DNA from: an uncultured cyanobacterium
GTDB lineage: Bacteria; Cyanobacteriota; Cyanobacteriia; Cyanobacteriales; Nostocaceae
DNA length: 64,000 bases
Reading direction: 5' to 3'
Assembly: GCA_963706595.1 (NCBI GenBank)
Contig: OY970166.1
Location: 5,152,001 to 5,216,000, forward strand
The translations under genes were made by a program, and so were the position numbers. The stretch's first letter is position 1; every line of letters starts with the position of its first letter. Of the stretch, positions 55,188 through 64,000 are shown one piece after another. The notes under the pieces are model-generated. The model made no database searches. It was not told the origin of the DNA and saw only the letters and a list, made by a program, of their open reading frames with translations.

Positions 55188-55617
55188 AAGTATTATTAAT
55201 TTTAATAATAATTAACTGCCTTGAGGTAGATAATTTGATAATAAGTTTAATTAAGAGAGTATAATTTTTTATTCTTAATTTCTACTGTAAATTTACTGAA
55301 TATTATAATTTTAATGATGGGCATTCAGAAAATTTGCTGAATCAGCTAATTTTTGATCAGATTTTAACCATTGATTAGTTGATTAAATAAATGTCCAAGG
55401 TTAAGAAAAGGTTATTAACGAATCAGGTAATTACAAATAAGAAAAGATCCACCAGCTTTTCGGGGGATAGTTGTTGCACTGTCTGCACCATTTGCTAACA
55501 TCCGGCGGATATTTGTAGACCGACCAAATGAATAACTGAATTTTGGCAGTTCACTTAACAATATTTGGGGATGAATTGAATTACACAAAAATTTATAGTC
55601 ATCCGCTTTGATTTTTG

Positions 55618-55728
55618 GTGGGGAGTGGGGAGTGGGGAGTGGGGAGTGGGGAGTAGGGAGTGAGGAGTGGGGAGTGGGGAGTGGGGAGTGGGGAGTAGGG
55701 AGTGAGGAGTGGGGAGTGGGGAATGGGG
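55618..55728. repeat. STRR (GGGGAGT)n
   Basis: About 15 heptamer copies. Confidence 0.95.
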
Positions 55729-55810
55729 AAAGAGAAAAAACCTTTTGAGTTGTAGTTGTACTGCATAAATTCAGAAATCAAATAGGAGTCTTATAGTCCC
55801 TGAGATAGTG

Positions 55811-56134
55811 TTAGAATATTTTGTCACTAGCAGCCAATTGTCTGGGTTCGTAGTGACGGCAATCTTGACAGGGACCACTGGGGTTAACAGCACAGCGCAT
55901 ATAACCGGACCGAGCATTAAATTTGCAACTGATATCGCCAATGAGATAACCCACTCCTTCTAAATAATAGCGATCGCTCTCAGTCGGTCTAATGCTCTCT
56001 CGGATGCGTCTTGGGGATAAATTTGTAGCGGCTGTCATCCGCAAGCGTGTGCGCCTATGGGTTTTACGGATTACCCACAGGGAAAACAGGGACGGTAACA
56101 AACCAATGGTAATCACGAAAAGTGTCTTTAACAC
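55811..56134 (-). CDS. DUF6464-like membrane-anchored Cys-rich protein
   Basis: IGDISCKFNARSGYMRCAVNPSGPCQDCRHY. Confidence 0.75.
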   Translation of the reverse strand: MLKTLFVITIGLLPSLFSLWVIRKTHRRTRLRMTAATNLSPRRIRESIRPTESDRYYLEGVGYLIGDISCKFNARSGYMRCAVNPSGPCQDCRHYEPRQLAASDKIF

Positions 56135-56336
56135 CTGATCTTTACCTCTTTTACGCGCTGACTACTCTTTCCTGATGTTACACAGCATTTCCCCACTCGG
56201 AAAATTAGCGGCAGATTGCAATGCCAGTATGCCATCTGGTAAGTTTGGGAAGAAGTGCTAGTCCACTGCAATTAGCATAACTATAAAGTATTTTTAGGTG
56301 CGAACTGACAGCACAAGCGATCGCGGGAGGCAAAAA

Positions 56337-57077
56337 ATGGGTTTGGCTGGGTTAAGAATTGTGTTGATGGAACCGGCTGGTCCCATGAATGTGGGGTCAA
56401 TCGCTAGGGTAATGAAAAATTTTGGTTTACATAATTTAGTAATAGTCAATCCCCAATGCGATCCGGTGGGGGAAGAAGCTTTGAAAATGGCAGTTCATGC
56501 TCAGGAAATTTTAGAATCTGCGGTATTGGCAACAAGTTTACCAGAAGCATTGCAGGGGTGTGTCCGAGCGATCGCCACCACAGCTCGTGTGCGTGATTGG
56601 CAAACACCGTTAGAAAATCCCCGCACAGCCCTACCTTGGTTACTAGAGTCACCAGAGTCACCCGCAGCCTTGATTTTTGGCAGAGAAGACCGGGGATTAA
56701 CGAATGAAGAATTAAATTATGCCCAGCGATTTGTCCGCATTCCTACAAGTGACAATTATTCAGCCCTAAATTTAGCTTCAGCCGTGGGTATCTGTTGTTA
56801 TGAACTGGCACAATATACAGCACCACCGACCACCCCACCCCCAAGCCAAGCTGAACTGGCATCTTTAGATATTCTAGAAACCTACTACCAGGAATTAGAA
56901 TCTCTATTACTAGATATTGGTTATTTATATCCACATACAGCCCTAACTCGCATGGCCAAATTCCGGCAATTGTATAATCGCGCTCACCTGCAAACAAAGG
57001 AAGTAGGAATGCTGCGAGGAATTTTGCGACAAATAGAATGGGCGCTTAAAAGCCGGAGTAATCAAGAAAACTTGTGA
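56337..57077 (+). CDS. trmJ: TrmJ/LasT family RNA methyltransferase
   Basis: NVGSIARVMKNFG, FGREDRGLTNEEL, LNLASAV. Confidence 0.88.
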   Translation: MGLAGLRIVLMEPAGPMNVGSIARVMKNFGLHNLVIVNPQCDPVGEEALKMAVHAQEILESAVLATSLPEALQGCVRAIATTARVRDWQTPLENPRTALPWLLESPESPAALIFGREDRGLTNEELNYAQRFVRIPTSDNYSALNLASAVGICCYELAQYTAPPTTPPPSQAELASLDILETYYQELESLLLDIGYLYPHTALTRMAKFRQLYNRAHLQTKEVGMLRGILRQIEWALKSRSNQENL

Positions 57078-57382
57078 TTCATTGTTGAAGGAAACACCAA
57101 ATAAATTCCCCAAAAACAGTCTAAATCCTGGGTTACGGCGCAACTTGTGCAAATCTTAATCTTGCTCATCTGAATCTTGTCCGCTTAACTCAACCTGCAA
57201 ATTAGAAATTTTTTACTTGCTAATTCCTAATCTGTCAGAAATAATCGCCCCAAAAATAGTTAATATGGCTTAAACTAAACACAAAAAGGCTACTGTGTGA
57301 TTTCCGCATCCAGCTGCTTCATTGGTGAGTTTTGGGTCGGGAGTCTGCTGGAAAACATTCGAGTGGGTCACAAGGAGTAACA

Positions 57383-58837
57383 GTGTCAGAGTCAAGTGAC
57401 AAACTAAAAAATTTCTCACGGGGTCAACCCACAAACCGCCGTCCGCGTCCGAGTCAAGGACAAAAAGTGGGCAAGAAAAAAGTCAAAATACCACTACAGC
57501 CACAGCGTTCTACCAAAAAAGAAGTAGCTTTAACGCGGGTTAACCAGAATATGATCCCTCCTCCTCCGGCGACTGCGGTCAAGAGGTTAAAACCAGGGCT
57601 AGTCATGCCAGCCGCCGTGAAACCCATTGGGTATATGAATGGGATGACACCAGCTTTCAATCCCAACACAGTCAAATTTAAGACCGTGCGGGTACAGAAA
57701 CCAGCTATGCCAACAATGGGTAGACGAGTGTCGCGCAAAACCCGGTTAAAGCCAATGGCCAGAACCATGTTATATGCTTTGCGCTTGTTGATTGTGGGAG
57801 TCGGTATCGGTGCGATTATGGGTACGATCTTGTCAGTCTTTGACCCTGCGACTCGGATGCCCAGTAATTCGGCGGCACAATCTCATAATGCTGGCACACA
57901 GCCACAAAGTATCCCCAATCCTGCGGCTGGCTTATACTTATCTCAGGAAATTACCCCTTTGAAAGATGCCGTACAAACTTTGGCAACGGCAAACTCTAAT
58001 CTGACACTTGGCGTTTTCTTTGTTGATTTAGATACTGGTAGCTACGTAGATGTGAATAGCGCCACCAGTTTCTCTGCGGCTAGTACAATCAAAGTGCCGA
58101 TTCTGATCGCTTTTTTCCAAGATGTGGATGCCGGCAAAATCCGCCTGGATGAAATGCTGACGATGGAAAAAGATATGGTCAGTGGTGGTTCGGGAAATCT
58201 GCAATTCCAAAAAGTGGGTAGCCAGTACACTGTACTGGAAGTCGCAACTCGAATGAGTACAATCAGCGATAACACAGCTACCAATATGCTGATTGCCCGA
58301 CTAGGAGGAATGGAGGCGTTGAATCAGCGTTTTCAAAGTTGGGGATTGGCAGCTACGGCAATTCGGAATCCCCTGCCAGATTTAACCGGAACAAACACCA
58401 CCAGCCCCAGAGAATTGGCAAATCTCATGGCTATGGTGAATCAGGGAAATTTGGTGAGTATGCGATCGCGCGATCTGATCCTTGATATTATGCGCCGTAC
58501 AGAGCGAGATCATCTGCTACCTTCCGGCTTAGGCGCAGGGGCAAGAATACACCATAAAACGGGTGATATTGGCACTATGCTGGGTGATGTGGGTTTGATT
58601 GATATCCCCACTGGCAAGCGCTACATCGCGGCTGTGATGGTACAACGCCCCAATAATGACCCGGCAGCAGAAAAACTAATTAGCGCCATTTCTAGCGCTG
58701 CTTACCAACAATTTAGCCAGAGTATTGCACCCAATCCCGTGATGAATCCTCCAGCACCTAACAGCATGGGCAACCCTGTGCTGCCAAATGCTACTCAAGC
58801 CCCATTCACCACTCCACAAAATTTCCCTTCCAGATAA
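57383..58837 (+). CDS. Class A beta-lactamase-like serine hydrolase / PBP with basic N-terminal extension and TM segment
   Basis: AASTIK (SxxK), SDN, HKTG; GTG start after AGGAG. Confidence 0.85.
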   Translation: MSESSDKLKNFSRGQPTNRRPRPSQGQKVGKKKVKIPLQPQRSTKKEVALTRVNQNMIPPPPATAVKRLKPGLVMPAAVKPIGYMNGMTPAFNPNTVKFKTVRVQKPAMPTMGRRVSRKTRLKPMARTMLYALRLLIVGVGIGAIMGTILSVFDPATRMPSNSAAQSHNAGTQPQSIPNPAAGLYLSQEITPLKDAVQTLATANSNLTLGVFFVDLDTGSYVDVNSATSFSAASTIKVPILIAFFQDVDAGKIRLDEMLTMEKDMVSGGSGNLQFQKVGSQYTVLEVATRMSTISDNTATNMLIARLGGMEALNQRFQSWGLAATAIRNPLPDLTGTNTTSPRELANLMAMVNQGNLVSMRSRDLILDIMRRTERDHLLPSGLGAGARIHHKTGDIGTMLGDVGLIDIPTGKRYIAAVMVQRPNNDPAAEKLISAISSAAYQQFSQSIAPNPVMNPPAPNSMGNPVLPNATQAPFTTPQNFPSR

Positions 58838-58879
58838 GTCCCTGCCTACTAATCTCAACAAGTGTCGTACTATAGGAAC

Positions 58880-59082
58880 TAGGGCGTGTTTTCAAAGTCT
58901 AAACTTAGGTTGGGTTAAGCGCAGCGCAACCCAACGAAGCAAACCAAATATTGGGTAAAGTTGGGTTTCCCAAAACCTCAACCCAACCTACATTTACGTC
59001 TAATTTTGGGTTTTAAAACAGTCCGTAGTACATTAGACATCTCCAATAAAGAATGTAGAGACCTTCCACCAAACGTCCCTAC
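58880..59082. repeat. MITE-like element with REP-like hairpins plus an adjacent GTAG palindrome
   Basis: Ends GGGCGTGTTTTCAAA / TTTTAAAACAGTCC; inner TAGGTTGGGTT..AACCCAACCTAC; GTAGAGACCTT..AACGTCCCTAC at 59055-59082. Confidence 0.65.
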
Positions 59083-59118
59083 AACGGTTCTGTGATAACG
59101 CACACGTGAATCTGAAAT

Positions 59119-59586
59119 ATGTCCGACACGCTATATGATCGCGATTTACAATTATGGATTTCGCAAACGATTCAGCAGTTACAGAATCATCAATTTGGGT
59201 CGCTGGATATTGAGCATTTGATTGAGGAACTAATTGATTTGGGTAAGTCAGAGAGGAATACACTCAGAAGCAATCTCAAAATCTTGTTGGCTCACTTACT
59301 CAAATTAAAGATTCAGCATGATGTACCTGATTTGATGCAAGCAAGTTGGTACAGTTCAGTCGTGGAACATCGTCAGCGAGTTCTCGACAATCTGGCAGAT
59401 ACCCCATCTCTCAAAAGTTTTTTGGTCGAAGCTGTGGAAAAAGCCTATCCTGATGCCCGTAAGTTAGCAATTAAGGAAGGTAAATTTGCTAAATTTGGGG
59501 TTCGTATACCGGAGGAGAGTGAGTATCCCCTAACCTGTCCTTTTGCCATTGAGCAAATTATGGATGAGGATTTTTACGGGACTTGA
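59119..59586 (+). CDS. DUF29 family protein
   Basis: LYDRDLQLW, LDIEHLIEEL..GKSE, LLAHLLK, PSLK, CPF. Confidence 0.9.
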   Translation: MSDTLYDRDLQLWISQTIQQLQNHQFGSLDIEHLIEELIDLGKSERNTLRSNLKILLAHLLKLKIQHDVPDLMQASWYSSVVEHRQRVLDNLADTPSLKSFLVEAVEKAYPDARKLAIKEGKFAKFGVRIPEESEYPLTCPFAIEQIMDEDFYGT

Positions 59587-59618
59587 AAACTGCTATATAA
59601 AACCACATCTTTTGTTAT

Positions 59619-60737
59619 TTAACACTTCTGATATCGCATTCCGGGAAGTTGGGAAACTAAACCCATGAGTTCCAACTGTAATAATGCACTAGAAACTGAA
59701 CCAGTATTCATCCCGGTTTTTTGAACAAGATAATCCAAGGACAAAACATCACAGGCGATCGCATCCATAACTTGTTGCAGTTCTGGTGATAAATCCGGCA
59801 GCTTGATTGGTTCTGCAATTGGCAATGGGTCAATTGTATCAATTTTCGGGATTGCTCCCAGCATTTTTAGCAGTTCGTCTAGTTCCTTGAGAATTAAAGA
59901 AGCACCTTGATTGATTAATTTTAAACATCCTTGAGATGGATAATCATCGATTTTTCCCGGTAATGCATAAACATCTCGACCAAATTCATTGGCGTAAGCA
60001 GCCGTAATTAACGCCCCAGACCTCACCGGCGCTTCCATGACCAAAACCGCACGGCTTAAACCTGCAATAATTCGATTCCGGCGGGGAAAGTGAGTGCGAT
60101 CGGGTGGGGTTTTGGCTGAATATTCACTCACGACTAAGCCTTGACTCAAAATCTGCTTGTACAAATCCCGATTTTTGGGTGGGTAGATCACATCGACACC
60201 AGTCCCTAAAACTGCGATTGTTCTTCCCCCGGCTTTCATCGTCGCCAGATGGCTTTCTGTATCGATTCCCTCCGCCATCCCAGATACAACTGTAAAGCCA
60301 TTTTTAGCCAAAGCTGTACTAATTTGGCGCGTCCAACGCAGACCATATTCTGAAGGGCGGCGCGTCCCGACAATCCCCACCAAGGGTTTTTGTCCCAGAT
60401 TTTCTAGCAGTTCAACTTCACCACGATAGTACAAAATTGGCGGTGGACTGGGAGTTTCCAGAAGTAACCGGGGATAATCTGCGTCGGCTGGTGTCCAGAA
60501 ATTGGGGTTTTCTTGCTGGTGTTGGGTGAGTAATTGTTGTGGATGTAGACGCGATCGCTGTTCAAAGACTTTCTCCAATGTCTGAAACCCAAAACCTTCA
60601 ACTTCTCCTAACTGGGCTTTGGTAGCATTCCAAGCTGTGGCTAGCGTGCCGAAATGCTGGTGTAACCGTCGCAGTAACACAGGTCCTACCCCAGAAATTC
60701 GCGTCCAAGCTAGCCAATATGCTCTTTCTTCTACCAC
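59619..60737 (-). CDS. dprA: DNA processing protein DprA
   Basis: IVGTRRPS, VSGMAEGID, FPRRNRIIAGLS, SGALITA. Confidence 0.95.
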   Translation of the reverse strand: MVEERAYWLAWTRISGVGPVLLRRLHQHFGTLATAWNATKAQLGEVEGFGFQTLEKVFEQRSRLHPQQLLTQHQQENPNFWTPADADYPRLLLETPSPPPILYYRGEVELLENLGQKPLVGIVGTRRPSEYGLRWTRQISTALAKNGFTVVSGMAEGIDTESHLATMKAGGRTIAVLGTGVDVIYPPKNRDLYKQILSQGLVVSEYSAKTPPDRTHFPRRNRIIAGLSRAVLVMEAPVRSGALITAAYANEFGRDVYALPGKIDDYPSQGCLKLINQGASLILKELDELLKMLGAIPKIDTIDPLPIAEPIKLPDLSPELQQVMDAIACDVLSLDYLVQKTGMNTGSVSSALLQLELMGLVSQLPGMRYQKC

Positions 60738-60841
60738 TATGCTATCCTCACACCTACTTCATAGAGTATGCCCAAATGAGGTTTGTCTATCACTGAGAGC
60801 AATTACTACGAGTTAAATTAGAATAATTTTACATTGCTTAT

Positions 60842-60907
60842 ATCATAGCCCCCTCCTCGCCAGAGGGGGTGGGGTTCTTATATCTCACTCAACTGAGAAC
60901 CGCTATA
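60842..60907. mobile_element. MITE family A partial copy (reverse orientation)
   Basis: ATCATAGCCCCCTCCTCGCCAGAGGGGGTGGGGTTCTT..ACCGCTATA. Confidence 0.8.
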
Positions 60908-61124
60908 CTTGGTTTGCCGCGATCATTTGCAGTAATTTCATATATTAATAAGTCTGCCTGTTGAGGAAATATTTAAAGCTGCAATTATAGATTATATAAT
61001 TTTATTTTGGTGATGAATCTAAATTCCAGATAGCCTAATTATCTAATAAGTTTAAATTCCCGACTTCTTGATGAAATCGGGAATCTGGTTGCTTAGGAAT
61101 TATTGAGAAACTTCTGAGCAGCCA

Positions 61125-61382
61125 TTAGTATTCATAACTGAATGACTTAGCTAGCATGGTAACATGACCAATGGCATAAGTGGCGACAAATGCCTCAGCT
61201 AGCTTAGTCAGGATTGAAAAATCTCTAACAGGATTGTAGGGAGCAGCACCAGATTCAGTATGAGCAGAACTATCTCCACCGGAAATAAAATCTACATCGT
61301 TTAATTCATTGAGAAAGCTTTCAGAATCTTGAAACAATTCAGAACCAGTAGCGTTTAGTTCGTAAAGATTGATAGTTGCCAT
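61125..61382 (-). CDS. Putative double-glycine-leader peptide precursor
   Basis: MATINLYELNATGSELFQDSESFLNELNDVDFISGG leader; GAGGAG RBS. Confidence 0.7.
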   Translation of the reverse strand: MATINLYELNATGSELFQDSESFLNELNDVDFISGGDSSAHTESGAAPYNPVRDFSILTKLAEAFVATYAIGHVTMLAKSFSYEY

Positions 61383-61574
61383 ATTATTAGCTCCTCGATT
61401 ATATGTTGCGAGTTGATGAACTTGGTAAACAATTAAGCTAGGTTTTGCTGAACTGTTACTGCTAGTTTTAGTTGTAATTTTTCAAAAAATCAAGTACGAA
61501 AAGCTTTAAAAATAGACATATTATCAGGTGTTTTGTCTGGAATTAATAGCCAGATTTTTCTGGTTTTGGTTGTC

Positions 61575-61668
61575 TATAGCGGTTATCAGTTAAGTCAGAT
61601 ACAAGAACCCCACCCCCTCTGGCGAGGAGGGGGCTATGATGTACTTCATTCAAGTGCATACCGCTATA
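61575..61668. mobile_element. MITE family A, full-length 94 bp
   Basis: Terminal inverted repeats TATAGCGGT / ACCGCTATA; four copies in the window. Confidence 0.85.
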
Positions 61669-61734
61669 AAATCATTGCCTACCGCTAAAGAACCCCAAAG
61701 CGTTACCCTAGAGACTAGATACACAAAATAGATC

Positions 61735-62304
61735 ATGATATTAGAAGAAATTGCGGGTACGCTGGCAAAATTATTTGATCCGGCAGAAGTGAAAGCGATC
61801 GCACCTGGATCGTGGCAAGTAGACACCGCTAGTTTTCGGCTGTTGGTACTGCTTTCTGAGGATAATAGTTGGTTACGAATTCTACTCCCCATTGTCCCCA
61901 TAGTCGAAGCCCAACCGTTTTTAGCACAGTTTTTAGAAGCCAACTTTGATGACACCCAAGAAGTCCGCTATGCCTTATTTGATGGCGTGGTTTGGGCAGT
62001 GTATCAACACAATAGTGAAACTTTGGTTAGCGCAGATTTTACCAGTGCGATCGCGCGACTAGTATCTTTATACGAAGCTGGTTTAGATAATGTCTTCAAT
62101 CGTCTGATTGAAAGTCGCATCCGGCAAATTATCCTGACAGCAAAACAGCAAGGACAATCTCTCGCAGCTACCATGCAAAATCTCGACCGTTTTTATGCAG
62201 AAGGATTGTTAGGAGAAATTGACCAAACCTCAGCAGCCAGAGAACGAGTATTAACAGCTTGGCAGCGTCAGTTAGAGCGATTATGGCACGAAATCGAGAT
62301 TTAA
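61735..62304 (+). CDS. Conserved hypothetical protein (possible YbjN/CesT-like fold)
   Basis: 189-aa ORF, LLVLLSEDNSWLRIL..LEANFD..VRYAL. Confidence 0.7.
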   Translation: MILEEIAGTLAKLFDPAEVKAIAPGSWQVDTASFRLLVLLSEDNSWLRILLPIVPIVEAQPFLAQFLEANFDDTQEVRYALFDGVVWAVYQHNSETLVSADFTSAIARLVSLYEAGLDNVFNRLIESRIRQIILTAKQQGQSLAATMQNLDRFYAEGLLGEIDQTSAARERVLTAWQRQLERLWHEIEI

Positions 62305-62368
62305 CTGCCATAAAATCCCAATTTATTTGTGCTTTTTAATATCTGACCCCAAACATATTTAGAGATAT

Positions 62369-62746
62369 ATGGATATCATTGAAATCCTCAAAGAAGACTA
62401 TCACAGGTTTCCTGAAAATCAAACATACAGCATTTACGCCGAAGACGTTTATTTTCAAGACCCATTAACTAAATTTCGGGGAATTAAACGCTATCAGCAG
62501 ATGATTAAATTCATCCAGACATGGTTTATCAATCCTCAAATGGACGTACATGATATCCAACATTTAGGAGACACCATAAAAACAGAGTGGACACTTAGCT
62601 GGAATACACCCGTCCCTTGGAAACCCCGCATATCTATCTCCGGGTGGAGTGAATTAAGTCTTAACTCTGCTAGTTTAATTATTTCCCACATCGATTATTG
62701 GCATTGTTCACCCCTAGACGTAATTAAACAGCATTTTTCACTCTAG
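62369..62746 (+). CDS. DUF2358 / SnoaL-like protein
   Basis: IYAEDVYFQDP..SHIDYW. Confidence 0.8.
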   Translation: MDIIEILKEDYHRFPENQTYSIYAEDVYFQDPLTKFRGIKRYQQMIKFIQTWFINPQMDVHDIQHLGDTIKTEWTLSWNTPVPWKPRISISGWSELSLNSASLIISHIDYWHCSPLDVIKQHFSL

Positions 62747-62919
62747 CTGCTCAAATTTAGTCGAAAGGCAGTTTCTTTCTAGCGAGATGCTGACGCGATC
62801 GCCTTTCGGCAGAGTTTTGTTAAAGTGATATGATCCACAAAATGCCACAAAGCTTGTCTAAATTAAACAAAACACTTGATGATATTGTTGAAAATAGCGG
62901 GTAAATTAAGGAGGTTTAT

Positions 62920-64000
62920 CTGAACAGCGATCGCTCAGAATTATACAATTCACAAAAGCAGTTTTCTGAAGTGGCTTCAGCAGCATTCCCTATAGGCGAT
63001 AAGTCTGTAGAAGAACGGCTAACAGTCATTTGGGAAAATATGGCTGAAGCATTTATGGAGATAGATACAGGGTGGCGTGTTACCTCTGCAAATCATCAAG
63101 CAAAACAGCTTTTCAATGAAAACACCGCGGATTTATCCAGCAAACTGTTGTGGGATGTATTTCCCGTAGAGAAGACAACTCAGTTGTATCAACAGTGTCA
63201 TCAAGTAATTATTAGCAAAAACCCCGTTGAATTTGAGGAATTTTACCCGGCGTTAAATCGATGGTTGAAGGTGCGGCTTTGTCCGACTGGAAATAGTCTA
63301 CTGGCATATTTTCTTGATATTACAGAACGAAAAGAATTAGAAATAACACTGCGCCAAAAACAAGATTTTCTCACAGTCCTGCTGGATAACGTTCAAGCCG
63401 GCATTGTCGCTTGCGATGCCGAGGGACGATTACAGTTATTTAACAAAACAGCGCAATCATTGCATGGATTGTCTGAACAACCGCTTTTTCCCGAAGAATG
63501 GGCAGAAAATTATGATTTGTATCTGCCGGATGGAAAAACGCTCATGGAAACAGCCGACATTCCCTTGTTTCGGGCATTGCAAGGGCAGCAGGTTGATAAT
63601 GTCGAAATGGTCATTAAACCCAAGCAAGGAATAACACGCATCCTCACCGCCAATGCTCAAGCAATCGTCAATTTGCATGGTCAAAAACAGGGTGCAGTGG
63701 TAGTAATGCACGATATCACCGAGCGCAAACAAGCTGAAGAAGCGCTCCGCAAAACTGAGCAACGTTACCGCTCAGTAGTGAATAATATCAAAGAAGTCAT
63801 CTTTCAAATCGATGCCGTGGGGTTATGGACATTTCTTAACCCTGCTTGGGCGGAAATTACTGGATTTTCAGTTGAGGAAAGTATCGGGATTCATTTTTTA
63901 ACCTACGTGCATCCCGATGATCGGCAGCATAATTTAGAACTCTTTCAATCTTTTATTCAAAGCCAAAAAGATGAATGCCATCATGAAATTCGTTACCTGA
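62920..64000 (+). CDS. Multi-PAS sensor protein (runs off window end; start uncertain)
   Basis: Frame 1 translates as PAS/PAC repeats (LDITERK, HDITERKQAEEALR, YVHPDDR) and is open at 64000. Confidence 0.8.
   Translation, partial: MNSDRSELYNSQKQFSEVASAAFPIGDKSVEERLTVIWENMAEAFMEIDTGWRVTSANHQAKQLFNENTADLSSKLLWDVFPVEKTTQLYQQCHQVIISKNPVEFEEFYPALNRWLKVRLCPTGNSLLAYFLDITERKELEITLRQKQDFLTVLLDNVQAGIVACDAEGRLQLFNKTAQSLHGLSEQPLFPEEWAENYDLYLPDGKTLMETADIPLFRALQGQQVDNVEMVIKPKQGITRILTANAQAIVNLHGQKQGAVVVMHDITERKQAEEALRKTEQRYRSVVNNIKEVIFQIDAVGLWTFLNPAWAEITGFSVEESIGIHFLTYVHPDDRQHNLELFQSFIQSQKDECHHEIRYL

Overview
Chromosomal window from a heterocyst-forming cyanobacterium (Nostocales, inferred from dense HIP1 GCGATCGC sites, heptameric STRR tracts, patS and nifV). 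Core genes include dnaX, ruvC, yvcK, tsaE/hetY, lepB, ldpA, ycf45-like, dps, srxA, a pncB-nadD-nrtR-nadE operon, sufR-sufBCDS, trmJ and dprA, plus several signalling proteins. Main points: (1) a 430-aa DnaX intein whose interior is dual-coding, with a CGCG-zinc/LAGLIDADG homing endonuclease in the -1 frame and two in-phase A_AAA_AAG slippery heptamers leading into that frame; (2) a 17-codon patS gene missed by the ORF track, with a TCCGGA-N18-GTAGA promoter motif; (3) a tnpB-only IS200/IS605 element inserted at a host stop codon, replacing it without changing the protein; (4) 21/24-nt mini-elements inserted in frame, sometimes nested, in ldpA, tnpB, pyrC and a sensor kinase; (5) a decayed dihydroorotase gene carrying an IS left-end scar; (6) an orphan double-glycine peptide precursor between inverted MITEs. 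Four genes, including essential dnaX, each have one net +1 frameshift, most likely assembly errors. No rRNA, tRNA or CRISPR array was recognised. Family assignments come from motif recognition, not database searches.
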